In this document: positions 1 to 15,014 of the stretch, in pieces
Layout: each line of letters opens with the position of its first letter
How positions within the stretch are numbered: the stretch's first letter is position 1
Source: Macrostomum lignano
Taxonomy: Eukaryota
Length of the DNA stretch: 64,000 nt
Assembly (NCBI GenBank): GCA_002269645.1
Contig: NIVC01003542.1
Span: forward strand, 28,095-92,094
Direction of reading: 5' to 3'
The notes under the pieces: model-generated
Told to the model about the DNA's origin: nothing
Database searches by the model: none
Seen by the model: only the letters and a program-made list of their open reading frames with translations
Translations under genes and position numbers: made by a program

Positions 1-1170
1 TAATTGCTGATCTGAGAGCAAATCAAATGAGAGGTACAGATAAGGAAACTATATTAATCGTATCGCTGGTGCATTTAATATGCTGTAGCTACATGTAGAA
101 CGCATCGCGCTGAATGGGGTTTTTCCATAGACAAACGTTCATTTCTCTTTTCTTAGAAAATCAAATGCAGTGGCCATCTATTCAAGTTGTCCATGGATGC
201 TAGACACACATTTAATATAGTTTTGCACTTTTTATTCCATACCAAAACAGTTTCCCATTTTCTGATGCTTTCCTGGGTCTCTCTAATCTGGCTATGGGAT
301 CCGTGCTGCCGCTTATGGTACTTGGAGAACGGGGACTGCGCAAGTGGATGCCGCCACTTCCGGGTTCCGCTGTCGCCTCCTTCCCCCCGGCCATGCCGTG
401 AGCACAAAAGTTCCAAGTGACCTAGACATATTTCTCTAACGTTATTAGGGTGTGCCAGTTTAAGTATAATTGAGCATCCATCGGCTGAGGCGTAGAACAA
501 GGATATCTGAGATCAAAAACTTGGATTGGAAGCACTAAATTTTAATGATAGTATTGTAGAAAATTTTCGTCGATCATAGGTATATACATGTAAATAAGGT
601 ATCCATTAGCCAAACCCCCAAGCATGGACTTTTAAACAAGCGAAGGACTTGGACTAGAAGGATTCCCTAGAAGCATTTTCAAGTTAAGCAGAGTTGGCTG
701 CGGTTAGTCTTAAAATTCCATTGGGTTTTTCAATCCAGTCAGGTTACGAATCCAGGGGTGTGTTTTCAGTAGTCCCTGAACCACTTCATGTTTCCAATCC
801 AGAGTCTAGTCGAGATCGCCTCGACTACGGCTTAAAAAAGAGTTTTTGTCACAAGCTGTTTTCTTTTATTCATCCATTTTGCCTCTTGTGTGCAGCCCCG
901 GGGCCTTTGTGAATGTCTCCGCCATCAGCCAGCCTCCTCAGCCCCAGGAACCGGTCCATGCAGCATCCCCTCCAGAGCCGCCATCAATAAATAGAATTTA
1001 CATTGGGCATTATTCATTTTGTTGTTGAGGATGCAGGATCCAGGAACATGGATAGCTCTGTCTGGGATTTCAATTGAATGAGCGGAAGCTTCATCTACTC
1101 CCATTTTCGAAAGTGAGGAATCAGGGATTGAATTTGTGTGACGTTGTGACAATTGATCTGAAGGGTGACT

Positions 1171-1490
1171 CTATTTTAAGTGACAAGTGTGCCAGGAGTG
1201 TCGAATTCGGAGTGAAAATGGGTCGGGAGTGATGATAGATTTAGAGTGACAATGGGTAGGGATCAATGCATTACGAGTGAAAATGAAAATGGGTCGGGAG
1301 TGATCCATTACGAGTGAAAATGGGTTGGTATTGTTGAATTTGGAGTGACAGTGGGTCGGAAATGTTCGTAGTGGGAGTGTTCGGAGTGACAATGGATCGC
1401 AAGTGTTCGGAGTGACAACGGGTCTGGAGTGTTGAATTCAGAGTGACAATGGGTTGAATTCGAAGTGACAATGGGACGGGAGTGACTTTG
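1171..1490. repeat. Degenerate minisatellite (gagtgacaatgggtcgg core)
   Basis: The core recurs about 10 times with heavy divergence. Confidence 0.6.
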
Positions 1491-1557
1491 GCTATTTAGA
1501 AGAAAGAACTATGCAAGAAACCCAACAGTGTAATTTCTCTCTACTAAACCATCAGTA

Positions 1558-1872
1558 GGGATTGTATTCTAGTGGTTAGAGCGTCGGACTCACGACTGGT
1601 AGGTCAGGGGTTCGATTCCTGACCCACCAGGAACAATTGGTGTCCTTGAACAAGTCACTTATAACCCTGCATTGCTGCAGCTCACCCAGTTGTAAAATGG
1701 GTGCCATCATTAGCTGGGGTAATTGAGGGTGTGTGTGGCGACCCCCCAGTCCTTGGACTGAACAGCCGTACGCAGCCTTCAGATGCGCCGCGCAATAGCT
1801 GCGGCTGAGCTGTCGGTTGCACATCTGGCCATTAGGGCAGGTATAATCAATTATATTATTATTATTATATTA
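1558..1872 (+). mobile_element. tRNA-derived SINE family 1, full length (CORE-like middle)
   Basis: A-box-like tctagtggttagagcg, B-box ggttcgattcc, central tgtccttgaacaagtcactt...tgtaaaatggg, and (att)n tail. Four further copies occur in the window. Confidence 0.8.
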
Positions 1873-1883
1873 AACCATCACAG

Positions 1884-1944
1884 GAGGCCCCCACTGCGCT
1901 CCCATCGAGCCCTGGAATGTCTGCACAGACGGCCGCAGCAGCAG
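1884..1944 (+). CDS. Possible upstream linker exon (EAPTALPSSPGMSAQTAAAA-G)
   Basis: Acceptor ccatcacag. Ala/Pro-rich composition like the other linkers. It ends in phase 1 at a weak donor (g|gttaaa), which would match the phase-1 start at 7397. A stronger gtgagt at 2006 fits only another frame. Confidence 0.25.
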
Positions 1945-2956
1945 GTTAAATCAGGACTGCGCTCTCTGATCTGTGCAGTGCAGCTCAACTTATTCTTCAG
2001 TCATGGTGAGTTGACTTCTTGTCTCTGAGTATTTTTGTCTCTGAGATACCATTTTGCACTATTGCACTATTTGAGTATACTTTACTTTGTTTTGGAATTT
2101 GAGTCTTGCCTCAGTTTCTGACTTTTAAGTGCTCAAAAAATGGAATTAAGAATTTGCATATCAGTTTTGTTAGAAATAGACTGGGAAAGGGGTGTAGAGA
2201 TCTACATGTGGATGTCGTACTCGAATCGATCTTGCTGTCAGATCCTGTTAAAAGTGCGCACTTGTGACAGGCATCCTGTCTGTAAGACAATCTGGTCGAA
2301 TACAGTGAAGAGGCAACCTAAGCTGATGGAGCGGACTTGCAAGAATAACCCATCCATGCACCTGTTGCTCAGCAGAGTTCCGACTACGCGGTTCCCTGAT
2401 GAGAAGCTGATGAGGGCTACTTCAGCCTCTCTCTCTTCTCTGAGAGGCCTGTCTCCTCGTCATTTCAATTCACAAGTCCTTCCCATTGGGAATAATTTAT
2501 GAGGAGTACACTTGGAAATATTATTTCTCAATGCATAATCAAAGCGCTCGGGTCCTGAAAACAGCAGCCGGCCCACCAAAGGTGAAACAAAAATCGTCAG
2601 AGAAATCTTGACCAGTTCGAATTCGAAACTGCTAGAGCTGCACTGATAAACACAGCCAGCTTCGAATTTATCGAACTGGACCCGAATATCGATTGCTGTT
2701 CGCGCCTGAGCAGCCTCGATGGACTTAAGGGAGAGGGATGGGGCAGTGGAGTTTGAAGAGGCCGAATCTCCATCTCAAACTGCTCAGAATTGAGACGAAG
2801 AAGTGAAGAAGAGAGTCACTGATTGAGGAAATGCTGGATTTGAAGAGAAGTTTGCGAAGGAGCTGCCGTGACACTACGTGAGCTGGGGGACCTGCTCCAG
2901 ACATGCCGAGGGTCAGTTGGAGCTGACTCGATCAGCCCAATCAGTGCGCCAGCCTG

Positions 2957-3568
<612 letters not shown>

Positions 3569-5924
3569 ATAGGAAATAGGAAATGAACAATCTAGTCTCA
3601 TCCTGATAAAAACGAATGTGACATCTTTATGCTTTCGTGATGGATGTGTTGGTTCTATCATCTTATAATCGCACTGTTGTCACCAAAGTTGTTAAAAAGG
3701 GTTTTTCTGTCTTTTATAAACTCAAACTGCCGACACTAAAGTTGTCACAGGCCTTTGCTTCAATCTCACTAATGCCACCAAGTTGTAACAGGCTTACAGG
3801 TTGTTACTCTGAGTATATGTCTATGCATAATTCTGAGTATATATCTGGATATTTGTATTTGTGTTTCTTACTTCGTAGTGGTAGCGTCGCGTGGAATTTC
3901 TTACATGTTTTTCTTAGAATAACTCTTCTTGTAAATCTCTCAGTTACCATGATTACCATGATTAGAGGATCACGGTCTTAATACTGTATATGTTTTTCCG
4001 AGATCTACTTCGTTTCACTTCCATATCTTTAGTATTCTGCGTTCTAATTACAGTATTAAGATTTCCAAGTACTTAAAAGCAGTTGAAAAAGAATTGAAAA
4101 GAGTTTGCGTCTACTTATACTACATGTATTGGGGGAGAACCTAAGTCAATATTAATTTTGAGAACTAGATTATTTAATATGATTTAATTTAATTTAAATG
4201 CCATTGTTTAACGTCGCCAGATTAAAACAAATTACTTGAATATTATTATAGACTGTCAGGACATAAAATTTATTTACAAAAACTATTACTATAAGTAGCA
4301 CTCGCAAACTTTATTTATCGATACGATGTGACATTTGCAACAGCCTACTCAGCAGTAGTGCGATCGAAGAGTGCAATTAATTTGTGAGGCAATCCGCTGT
4401 GTTTGGAATTTTGCAACTCCTCTTCTTGTCAACAGAATTTTTCGTCGCACATTATTTACCGACAACTTTATTCGAGTTTGGCAGATATACTCGTAGACGA
4501 GTGCCTAATGGCACAGCACTCCCAGATCCTCTTTTCCTTATTGAATGCTTGGTTGAAAATTTAATTCTCCCAAATTACTCTCAGCTTCGCTTTTCGGTTT
4601 ATCGTCCCGTCTATATTATCCCATTTCCAATGAGTTCTTCAGCAGGCCAGCCATCTGCTCCGCATTTCCTTCTCTGCTCACACTTCTGGAGCTGCGGTCT
4701 CAGATGGGGGAAGATTATCTTTAGGGAGGCTGCCACCACAGCGAGTGTCTCCACCCGATATTCATACATGCTCCTCTTCTCGGGGCGCCTCAATTTCATT
4801 CCGCTGCTAGCAACTTCTCCGCCGCACAGTAGCGGCCTCCCAAATCCCCACTTATAGGGATTCCCCCGCCATGCGTAGCTTCTTCTTCCATCTGGCGGGA
4901 GCGACCTCTTTGCCCGCCAACCACACTTCCCCCGCGCGTCTTCCTCATGCAGGCTCATGTTAGTCCAAGGCTGGCGCGGGTGGCGGCCCTCCCCCATAGC
5001 CAATTCCCCCCCAGCCATTCCCTTCGCCACTTTCCAAGAAACCATCGCGGTACTATGGCTGGCACCGTGGCATTGTGTGCTCAACAACTGCAAATTTACT
5101 TGCAAGCCATTCTGCCAGCCCAGTTGGCTTCATCGGCATCTGCACGCGTGTATAACCACCCCCCCCCCCTGCCCCCAGCACCCACGGTCACCCCGTTTTT
5201 ATGGTATTTGACGACAGCCGCCTCTGCTAATCCCCACGGCGGGAGCCCCGGTCCCTCTCTCTTGCTCGTCTCCTCTCTCAGCCCGCGCTCTCTCTCTACT
5301 GCTTTCCCATATTCTCCCTTCTCCCCTTCATGCTCCCTCCCCTTTCTCGTCCCGCCTGCGGCCTCCTGTTTTGGTTCGACCGCCTGGCCACTGGAGAAAT
5401 AATACGCCCCCCCTCCCAGCCTCCCACCTCCCGAGTCCGGAGCCTCATCCCACAGCCCCCGGGGGCTCGAATGCGAGATGCGAGAAACCAAAAAGCTTCC
5501 AAAGTGAGCGCCAACCCCCCCATAGCTTCTTCTTCCTCTGCACTGCCGATTTCTATTCCTCTCCAACTCTTTTCTTTATTTGCCGAGACTTCGGACAGGC
5601 AATCCAAAGACTGGGGACGTTTTTGTCCGATTCGAACCCTCCGCCGCCCCACTCCGCTCGACCGTGCGCTCAGCGCGCCTCTGGCACAAACCGGCACGTG
5701 CCGCGCGATCGCACGTGGACAAGACAGGGAGCTCCTCTCAGTTTGAATGAAATAAATCAGGCATAAATAAAGTGTAGCAGCGGCTGCACTGCACTATCGC
5801 CCAGAAAACTTGCTTGTCGAGCGTTCGACGCCGGCCCTGGAGGCAAATCTGGCAGGTGCTGCACAGGTGAGACCGCAAGGCTTTATAATAAGACAAGATC
5901 GTAAATTTTGATTTTGACCCAGGT

Positions 5925-6034
5925 CAGGGGTTGGCAAACTAAATAACAAAGATGCTTTAAGGATGGTTTCAGAGTTTCAAAGGACCCGAGAGCCGGATAG
6001 AGAGGTTTAGCGGGCCGGAGTTTGCCGACCCCTA
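5925..6034. mobile_element. hAT-type MITE (about 110 bp)
   Basis: TIRs caggggttggcaaact (5925-5940) and agtttgccgacccct (6019-6033), preceded by cgggccgg, resemble hAT/Charlie ends. No clean 8-bp TSD. Confidence 0.55.
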
Positions 6035-6055
6035 GCTTAAGTCGCAAGAAATAAG

Positions 6056-7342
6056 AACCTAGACTCAGTCAGACACAAAGACCTAGAATCAGTCGGACAC
6101 ACAGACCTAGAATCGGTCAGACACACAGACCCAGAATCGGTCAGACACAAAGACCTAGAATCGGTCAGACACAAAGACCCAGAATCGGTCAGACACACAG
6201 ACCTAGAATCGGTCAGACACACAGACCTAGAATCGGTCAGACACACAGACCTAGAATCGGTCAGACACACAGACCTAGAATCGGTCAGACACAAAGACCT
6301 AGAATCGGTCAGACACACAGACCTAGAATCAGTCAGACACACAGACCTAGAATCGGTCAGACACAGACCTAGAATCGGTCAGACACACAGACCCAGAATC
6401 GGTCAGACACACAGACCTAGAATCGGTCAGACACACAGACCTAGATTCAGTCAGACACAAAGACCTAGAATCGGTCAGACACACAGACCCAGAATCGGTC
6501 AGACACACAGACCCAGAATCGGTCAGACACACAGACCTAGAATCGGTCAGACACACAGACCCAGAATCGGTCAGACACACAGACCTAGAATCGGTCAGAC
6601 ACACAGACCCAGAATCGGTCAGACACACAGACCTAGAATCGGTCAGACACAGACCTAGAATCGGTCAGACACACAGACCCAGAATCGGTCAGACACACAG
6701 ACCCAGAATCGGTCAGACACAAAGACAAGACCTAGAATCGGTCAGACACACAGACCCAGAATCGGTCAGACACAAAGACAAGACCTAGAATCGGTCAGAC
6801 ACACAGACCTAGAATCGGTCAGACACAAAGTCCTAGAATCGGTCAGACACACAGACCTAGAATCGGTCAGACACACAGACCTAGAATCGGTCAGACACAC
6901 AGACCCAGAATCGGTCAGACACAAAGACCTAGAATCAGTCAGACACAAAGACCTAGAATCGGTCAGACACACAGACCTAGACTCAGTCAGACACAAAGAC
7001 CTAGAATCGGTCAGACACACAGACCTAGATTCAGTCAGACACAAAGACCTAGACTCAGTCAGACACAAAGACCTAGACTCAGTCAGACACAAAGACCTAG
7101 AATCAGTCAGACACACAGACCTAGAATCGATCAGACACAAAGACCTAGACTCAGTCAGACACAAAGACCTAGAATCGATCAGACACACAGACCTAGACTC
7201 AGTCAGACACAAAGACCTAGAATCAGTCAGACACAAAGACCTAGAATCGATCAGACACAAAGACCTAGACTCAGTCAGACACAAAGACCTAGAATCGATC
7301 AGACACACAGACCTAGACTCAGTCAGACACAAAGACCTAGAA
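6056..7342. repeat. 24-bp minisatellite agacctagaatcggtcagacacac, about 53 units
   Basis: Directly visible; ends about 55 bp before the acceptor at 7396. Confidence 0.95.
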
Positions 7343-7396
7343 TTTACCTACACACCTACCTAGAGACCTAGACAAAGACCTATCCATCCCCCCAAG

Positions 7397-7890
7397 GCGT
7401 CGGCATGCTCGACGACTCAGTGAACGACGTCGCTGGGGTAAGCGCCGTGGCTGCGATGGGGCTGATTTGGCACCGGCGCCGGGAGGCGGAGCGGCGCCGC
7501 CAGTCAGTGATGGTGATGGGGACGCCACTTGAGTCGCGCCGGAATTCCGCTCTGCGCGAGAGCCTCCGGGTTCGCCGGAAAAGCTGGGACGATCGCCTCA
7601 CTGCGGCGGCGGCGTCGGCGGCGGCGGCAGCGGCGGACGCCAGTCCAATGGCCCGATTTCAATTCAACCCGCCGCTGTCCGCTTCCGCGACGCACGTCCT
7701 TGAAGCTGGCTCCGCCTCTGCCTCAGCTGGCGTCGCCGCCGATGCTTCGTCCGAGGACTGGCACGAAAGCTCGCCAGGATCCTCCATCATCACGACAACG
7801 GCCGACGGGTTTAGAAAGATTCGTCACACGCGGCCGAAATGCATCCTGCGGAATGCCGACTGCCACCTGACGCCTTGCCGCTGCGCCGAG
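7397..7890 (+). CDS. Probable coding exon upstream of PDZ2 (linker or alternative N-terminus, MLDDSVNDV...TPCRCAE)
   Basis: GC-rich open frame with Ala runs, acceptor ccccccaag|, and strong donor gag|gtgagt in phase 0, matching the phase-0 start of the PDZ2 exon. Confidence 0.55.
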
Positions 7891-7965
7891 GTGAGTCCGT
7901 CCAGGGTTGTCAGCGGGGCTTCGAAGCCAGCGACGACTCTGGTGGCGGCACTGATCATCTATTGC

Positions 7966-8467
7966 GGCATCTCTATCCCGAATGTGGCATCTCTATCCCG
8001 AATGTGGCGCCTCTATCCCGAATTTGGCATCTCTATCCCGAATTTGGCATCTCTATCCCGAATGTGGCGCCTCTATCCCGAATTTGGCATCTCTATCCCG
8101 AATTTGGCATCTCTATCCCGAATGTGGCATCTCTATCCCGAATTTGGCATCTCTATCCCGAATTTGGCATCTCTATCCCGAATGTGGCGCCTCTATCCCG
8201 AATGTGGCGCCTCTATCCCGAATTTGGCATCTCTATCCCGAATGTGGCGCCTCTATCCCGAATGTGGCGCCTCTATCCCGAATGTGGCGCCTCTATCCCG
8301 AATGTGGCGCCTCTATCCCGAATGTGGCGCCTCTATCCCGAATGTGGCGCCTCTATCCCGAATGTGGCGCCTCTATCCCGAATGTGGCGCCTCTATCCCG
8401 AATGTGGCGCTTCTATCCCGAATGTGGCGCCTCTATCCTGAATGTGATGCCTCCATCCAGAATGTGA
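7966..8467. repeat. 20-bp minisatellite aatgtggcgcctctatcccg, about 25 units
   Basis: Directly visible; starts about 75 bp after the donor at 7891. Confidence 0.95.
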
Positions 8468-9055
8468 CTATAAGACTCAGACTTTAGATACTGTGGCTTG
8501 AAGACCCCATGTCTCACCTGGACCCTCAAATAGGGCAAACTGCCAGGCGTGGCCAGGAAAGAGATTATTTTTTTCGACTGTTGCCATGCACTTTAGAGTC
8601 CACCAGCGGCGTCTAAATCTGGCTCGCTCACCCAGTCTCTCTCTACCCCAGCTGCCCCCCTGGGAGCCACCCTTGCCCTCTCCGTGTTCGTTAAAATGAA
8701 AGCTTAATTGGCAGGCCAGGAAGACTTAAAAAACTGAAGTGAGAGGGAGATGAGGGGTGTAAGGGAAGAGAGAAAGAGATGAAAATGCTCGAACTCGAGA
8801 GGATGAAGATTGAGAAAGTGTGGCGGTCTGGTGAGAGCGGCTTCAACTGCGCTTCCTGCGCGCAGTCAACAGAATCTGCTGGCTGGATATTTTTTAGCAA
8901 GGAACTCTTCTAGAAGAAAATGGCAACAACGATATAGCGACGCAGCGCAAGTTTGTAGTGGGGTGGTAAAGCTCTAAACCTCTTACTAAAGTCCCGTGTT
9001 CGATTCCAGTGGCGTAGCCAAACTAATTAGGGGTTCACACTTTGAAACTTAATAT

Positions 9056-9531
<476 letters not shown>

Positions 9532-10734
9532 AAAGTGGGGCAGAAACGTTAGAGCCGGACGGTACTGCTGAGCCAGTCCGGCCTCTCGTCCTCGCTGGCT
9601 GCTGGGACGAACGAATTAATTTAAAAAAAACATTTTACAGGACCGTGTCGGTTTTCCATCAGCTACTTTACTCAGAAATATGTTAGTCCATATTTCTAAC
9701 CTGGGTCTTTACTAGCAAAGCCGCCGTCCGCTCGGCCTCCGAGGCGGGCCCAGCGGCACTCACTATAACTTTAATCCTGACGGGCCAAAGCCAAAGCTTT
9801 CAGCCTCAGCGCCTCATCGCCGCCCTATACTCTCCATCGCGGCTCTTTCTGATTCAGTCTTCTGGCCTTCCCCTTCTTCTTCTTTTCCTTCTGAGCAGCA
9901 GATGGACGGGAGCTGTAAATGCTTGGCCAGAGAAAATATATAGAAAATGCTGAACTGCATCAGCGGTTTCCTTTGCGGAAAGATGGCGAGGGGAGAGGGG
10001 ACGGAGGAGGCTGGGTGAGACGGAGTCAGAACGGAAAGAGAGTCAGAGAGAGAATTCGATCAGCCCGGCATGCCACGGAGCGCTTTCGGCTAGCGCGATT
10101 CGGTCAGCTTTGAGTCCAAACGATTCCCAGGTAATTAATTCCCCTTGGCAACGCGGATGTGAAGGAGAAGAGATTATGACTGAGCCGCCATTCCCCACCC
10201 CAGCTGAGCGCTCGCAAACAAATTCGAACTGATGGGAGAATATCCCTTTCTTTGCTTTCCTGCTCGGGGTTGGGGGGGGTTAAAATGGCACAAACCGTCT
10301 CTGATTGACGTCTCGACTTCTAACCTTCCTTAGAGCGGAAGTAGGAAGACTTCCCTGACTGAACTGCTTCCGATGGGAAGCTGGGAGGCTCTCCGACCTC
10401 CAGCATCTGTTTGCTCCCCGTCTCTCGTCTCCCGTCCCATGCTCGCACTTCTCTCCACACTCCAGTACCGATGCCGCACCGCAGCCTAGGGCATGCCTGT
10501 GTTCATTCTCATTTTTCGTGTTCGTGCGGTGCGATGTACTCCGAAGTACTTCTAGAGGTTTGCTTATTCCGCAATCTTGCACCCATCATTCAAGTCAGTG
10601 GAGTCCAAGATAATTGAGACATTCCTTGTCGACAACAGTGTCAAGCACTTCATTGATTTCATGGACTTCGATGGTTATGTGCTTCATCATCAGCTTGTTG
10701 GAACCTTCAGGACCTTCAACGCGATGTTTTAGTA

Positions 10735-11010
10735 GTAATAATAATAGTATGCAACCGACAGCTCAGCCGCAGCTATTGAACGGTGGCATGGAGCATCTGA
10801 AGGCTGCGTACGGCTGTTCTGTCCAAGGACTGGGGGGTCGCCACACACACCCTCAATTACCCCAGCTAATGCTGGCACCCACTTTATAGCTGGGGTGAAC
10901 TGAAGCAAATGCAGAGTTAAGTGTTTTGCTCAAGGACACAGCTTGTTCCGAGTGGGTCGGGAATCGAACTTCAAACCTTTCAGTCGTGAGCCAACGCTCT
11001 AGCCGTTCGG
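10735..11010 (-). mobile_element. SINE family 1 copy
   Basis: Reverse-complement match to 1558-1843 over about 260 bp. Confidence 0.8.
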
Positions 11011-12440
11011 AATGAAACGAAAGTCCATGTCCTTGAGTTCGAAAATAGTAGCAAAAATGATTTACAAGCAAGGCACTGGAACCATCAAGAAGTGAGTAAA
11101 TATAGAAATTGTCAATAATCCTGGCCTCTTGGCTTGAGTTCTCCTCATTTCTCCCCCCCCCCCTGAGCAACCGCGAGAAGCTGAGACCAGGAGCCGTCTT
11201 TGCTTCTTTCTTTGCACCTGCTGTGGCCCTGCATGGCGGCTCTGCAGTTCGGCCACCTGACCGCGGCTTCAATCAATCGATAACATAATTATGCTAAGTC
11301 TGCCGCCCTTCTCTCCCCCTTAGCCTCTTCCCCTTTAGCCTCAGGCTGGCTAGCTAGAGGGCGAAAATGAGTGCAGGCTGGATGGAGCCGGGAGGGCACA
11401 GCGGACTTCCCCTTCAGCCTCCCGCCCCCCTCTCATGTTTCCAAGCCGGAGCTCACCCAAGGAGACCTATGAGAACCAGAGCGTGGAGTAACTCGCAGTT
11501 TTACAGTTTATACACAAATAACAGACAGGCTTCCGCATTCAGAAAAAACTCATAAGTTTGGTTTGTTCAAAGCTAAAAGCTATTGAACATTTTGTACCGA
11601 CAAGCTCATGGACTATCGCTGGTAATTTATTCTGCTTCAAAATCGGATCAAGTACACAAAATTCGATTCTACCAAAGCCATTTAGTAGCAAAATAATGCA
11701 TAATTTTGCCTGCATTTGGCTGAAACTTCTTGTCTTGGCGATGAGCTGTTACACTCCAAGTTCTGCTCACCGGCCTCCTTGCCTCACCTCAGCGAGCTGA
11801 GTTGTTGTGTGGCCGCCCCGCAGCCCAATCTACATCGTCAAAAACTTCCTCTCTCTGCGGCACTACCCCGCGCGCCCAAGCCTCAGTCCCATACCCGAGT
11901 GTTCCTGCTCCATCCTCTCACTCCGGCCTCTCTTCCTGAGCATTCGCGACTCACTGATTTTCCAAAAGCCCCCACCCACCCCACCCCCTGTCTCAATCGC
12001 TGAGCTACAGCGACTGTAGTACATTTAAAAACTACCTACTGTAGACCGTGGCGTCCGAGTGAAGTCACACTCGGGGTCTGCACACTGGCGACTAGTCGAA
12101 CGGAAACCGACTGCAGCCCAAAGAGGCGGTCATAGCGAGTTGAAAGCGATGCATTGAGTAACTCGATTCCGCTGGCTGGGGCGGTCGATTGAAAAGCCAA
12201 AAAAAACAGAGTCAGTTATCACCGGGACCCGTCCTTGCTAAATAATGCAGCGAGCCCTGGGGAGCAGCGTTGGCCGCAGTGCTAAATGTGTTTTTTTTTG
12301 TCCATTGTTCCGGGGCATGCCTGACTGCAAATTAGGATGACGCTTGCATTATTAAAATTTTTGTTTTAAATGAAAGCCCAGGTAGCTATAACATTTGGTT
12401 AAGAAGTACTTCACCTTGAGCATCATCCTCATCTCCCCTC

Positions 12441-14262
12441 AACAACTGTCACTCTCCTCGGTCTTTATTATTCTCCCAATCTCTCAAAACTGTCACTCTC
12501 CTCAATCATTACCATCCTCCTAATCTGTCACAACTATCACTCTCCTCAATCATTACCATCCTCCTAATCTGTCACAACTGTCACTCTCCTCAATCATTAC
12601 CATCCTCCCAATCTGTCACAACTATCACTCTCCTCAACCATCACCATCCTCCTAATCTGTCACAACTATCACTCTCCTCAATCATTACCATCCTCCCAAT
12701 CTGTCACAACTATCACTCTCCTCAACCATCACCATCCTCCTAATCTGTCACAACTATCACTCTCCTCAATCATTACCATTCTCCCAATCTGTCACAACCG
12801 TCACTCTCCTCAATCATTACCATTCTCCCAATCTGTCACAACCGTCACTCTCCTCAATCATTACCATTCTCCCAATCTGTCACAACCGTCACTCTCCTCA
12901 ATCATTACCATTCTCCCAATCTGTCACAACCGTCACTCTCCTCAATCATTACCATTCTCCCAATCTGTCACAACCGTCACTCTCCTCAATCATTACCATT
13001 CTCCCAATCTGTCACAACCGTCACTCTCCTCAATCATTACCTTTCTCCCAATCAGTCACAACCGTCACTCTCCTCAATCATTACCATCCTCCTAATCTGT
13101 CACAACTGTCACTCTTCCCAGTCTTTACCATTCTCACAACTGTCACTCTCCTCAGTCTTTACCATTCTCCCAATCTGTCACAACCGTCACTCTCCTCAGT
13201 CTTTACCATTCTTCCAATCTGTCACAACTATCACTCTCCCCAGTCTTTACCAGTACCATTCTCCCAATCTGTCACAACCGTCACTCTCCTCAGTCTTTAC
13301 CGTCCTCCCAATCTGTCACAACTATCACTCTCCTCAGTCTTTACCATCCTCCCAATCTGTCACAACCGTCACTCTCCTCAGTCTTTACCATCCTCCCAAT
13401 CTGTCACAACCGTCACTCTCCTCAGTCTTTACCATTCTTCCAATCTGTCACAACTATCACTCTCTCTCCAGTCTTTACCATTCTCCCAATCTGTCACAAC
13501 TATCACTCTCCTCAGTCTTTACCATCCTCCCAATCTGTCACAACTATCACTCTCCCCAGTCTTTACCATTCTCCCAATCTGTCACAACTATCACTCTCCC
13601 CAGTCTTTACCATTCTCCCAATCCGTCACAACTATCACTCTCCTCAGTCTTTACCATTCTCCTAATCTGTCACAACTATCACTCTCCTCAGTCTTTACCA
13701 TTCTCCCAATCTGTCACAACCGTCACTCTCCTCAGTCTTTACCATTCTTCCAATCTGTCACAACTATCACTCTCCCCAGTCTTTACCATTCTCCCAATCT
13801 GTCACAACTATCACTCTCCCCAGTCTTTACCATTCTCCCAATCCGTCACAACTATCACTCTCCTCAGTCTTTACCATTCTCCTAATCTGTCACAACTATC
13901 ACTCTCCCCAGTCTTTACCATTCTCCCAATCTGTCACAACTATCACTCTCCCCAGTCTTTACCATTCTCCCAATCCGTCACAACTATCACTCTCCTCAGT
14001 CTTTACCATCCTCCCAATCTGTCACAACCGTCACTCTCCCCCGTCTTTACCATTCTCCCAATCCGTCACAACTATCACTCTCCTCAGTCTTTACCATTCT
14101 CCTAATCTGTCACAACTATCACTCTCCCCAGTCTTTACCATTCTCCCAATCTGTCACAACTATCACTCTCCCCAGTCTTTACCATTCTCCCAATCTGTCA
14201 CAACTGTCACTCTCCTCAGTCATTACCATTCTCCCAATCCGTCGCAACTGTCACTCTGTGTC
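12441..14262. repeat. 44-bp minisatellite (ctctcctcagtctttaccattctcccaatctgtcacaactatca), about 41 units
   Basis: Directly visible; the same family recurs at 16632-17025. Confidence 0.95.
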
Positions 14263-15014
14263 AGTCTTAATGTTTCCAACTCATGTCTGAAATCAATTCC
14301 CTCTCATAAGCAAAGCCAATTAGTTAATGTCAGCTTGTACTTTGTCAACGTCAATGTCCTTCGCGGGCCATTCCATCTTCCACAAGCGCAGCGGTGCGGG
14401 CGCTCATTATACTAGTAAAAAAACGCTGAGCAAAATCTGGCGTGGACCACCTCAGTAGGTTGAGCTCAAGTTTCAGCCGCCTCCCTGCCAGTCTAATCGA
14501 TAAATCATTGTGAACTGTCTCAGCTAGTTTGCCATTGATTCCCAGCCCTGTAGCCCCCTGCCCTCTGAATGAACTGAAATCTTCAAAGCCTGCAGAACGG
14601 ATAGAGAAAAAACTGACACAAATTTAGATTCAGTCGCTCCAACTAAAATAATAAATTTTCTGGATAACTTCTGAACAAATTAGCATTTTACGAGTGGCGC
14701 CTTGGAGTCAACCGTGGAGATACCAGAGCAAGGATGGAATTCAGGCTCTCACAGGCAATAACTGATTTAGTCATGAATTGCCCAGAAATCATCAGGGTTT
14801 ACGAGTCTCCTTTTCAAGTACCCGTGTGACTGGGCAAACCAGTCAACTCAACAGGTGTCAGAGCATGTAGCCCGAGCGGCCCAGATTGGGACCAGGAACA
14901 AGGCCTGGTGCTAAGACCGAGTCCACGCCACCCACCCCCCCCCCCCCCCAACGACAAAACCCGAGTGTTCGCGTGAAAAATTTTGAAAGCGGTCCGAGAG
15001 TGGGGAAACCCCAA

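Noticed and set aside
896-1028. Pro-rich segment after tgtgcag (PGAFVNVSAISQPPQPQEP...) as an exon
   Set aside because: No convincing donor before the frames close, so it cannot be linked to the gene.
4384-5766. Overlapping GC-rich ORFs on both strands
   Set aside because: No recognisable domain or consistent splice signals; possibly decayed transposon sequence, but it cannot be assigned.
8960-9010. tRNA-like fragments here and at 44650-44720 (minus strand)
   Set aside because: Only B-box-like 11-mers with partial A-boxes and no shared body with other copies; too little to call.
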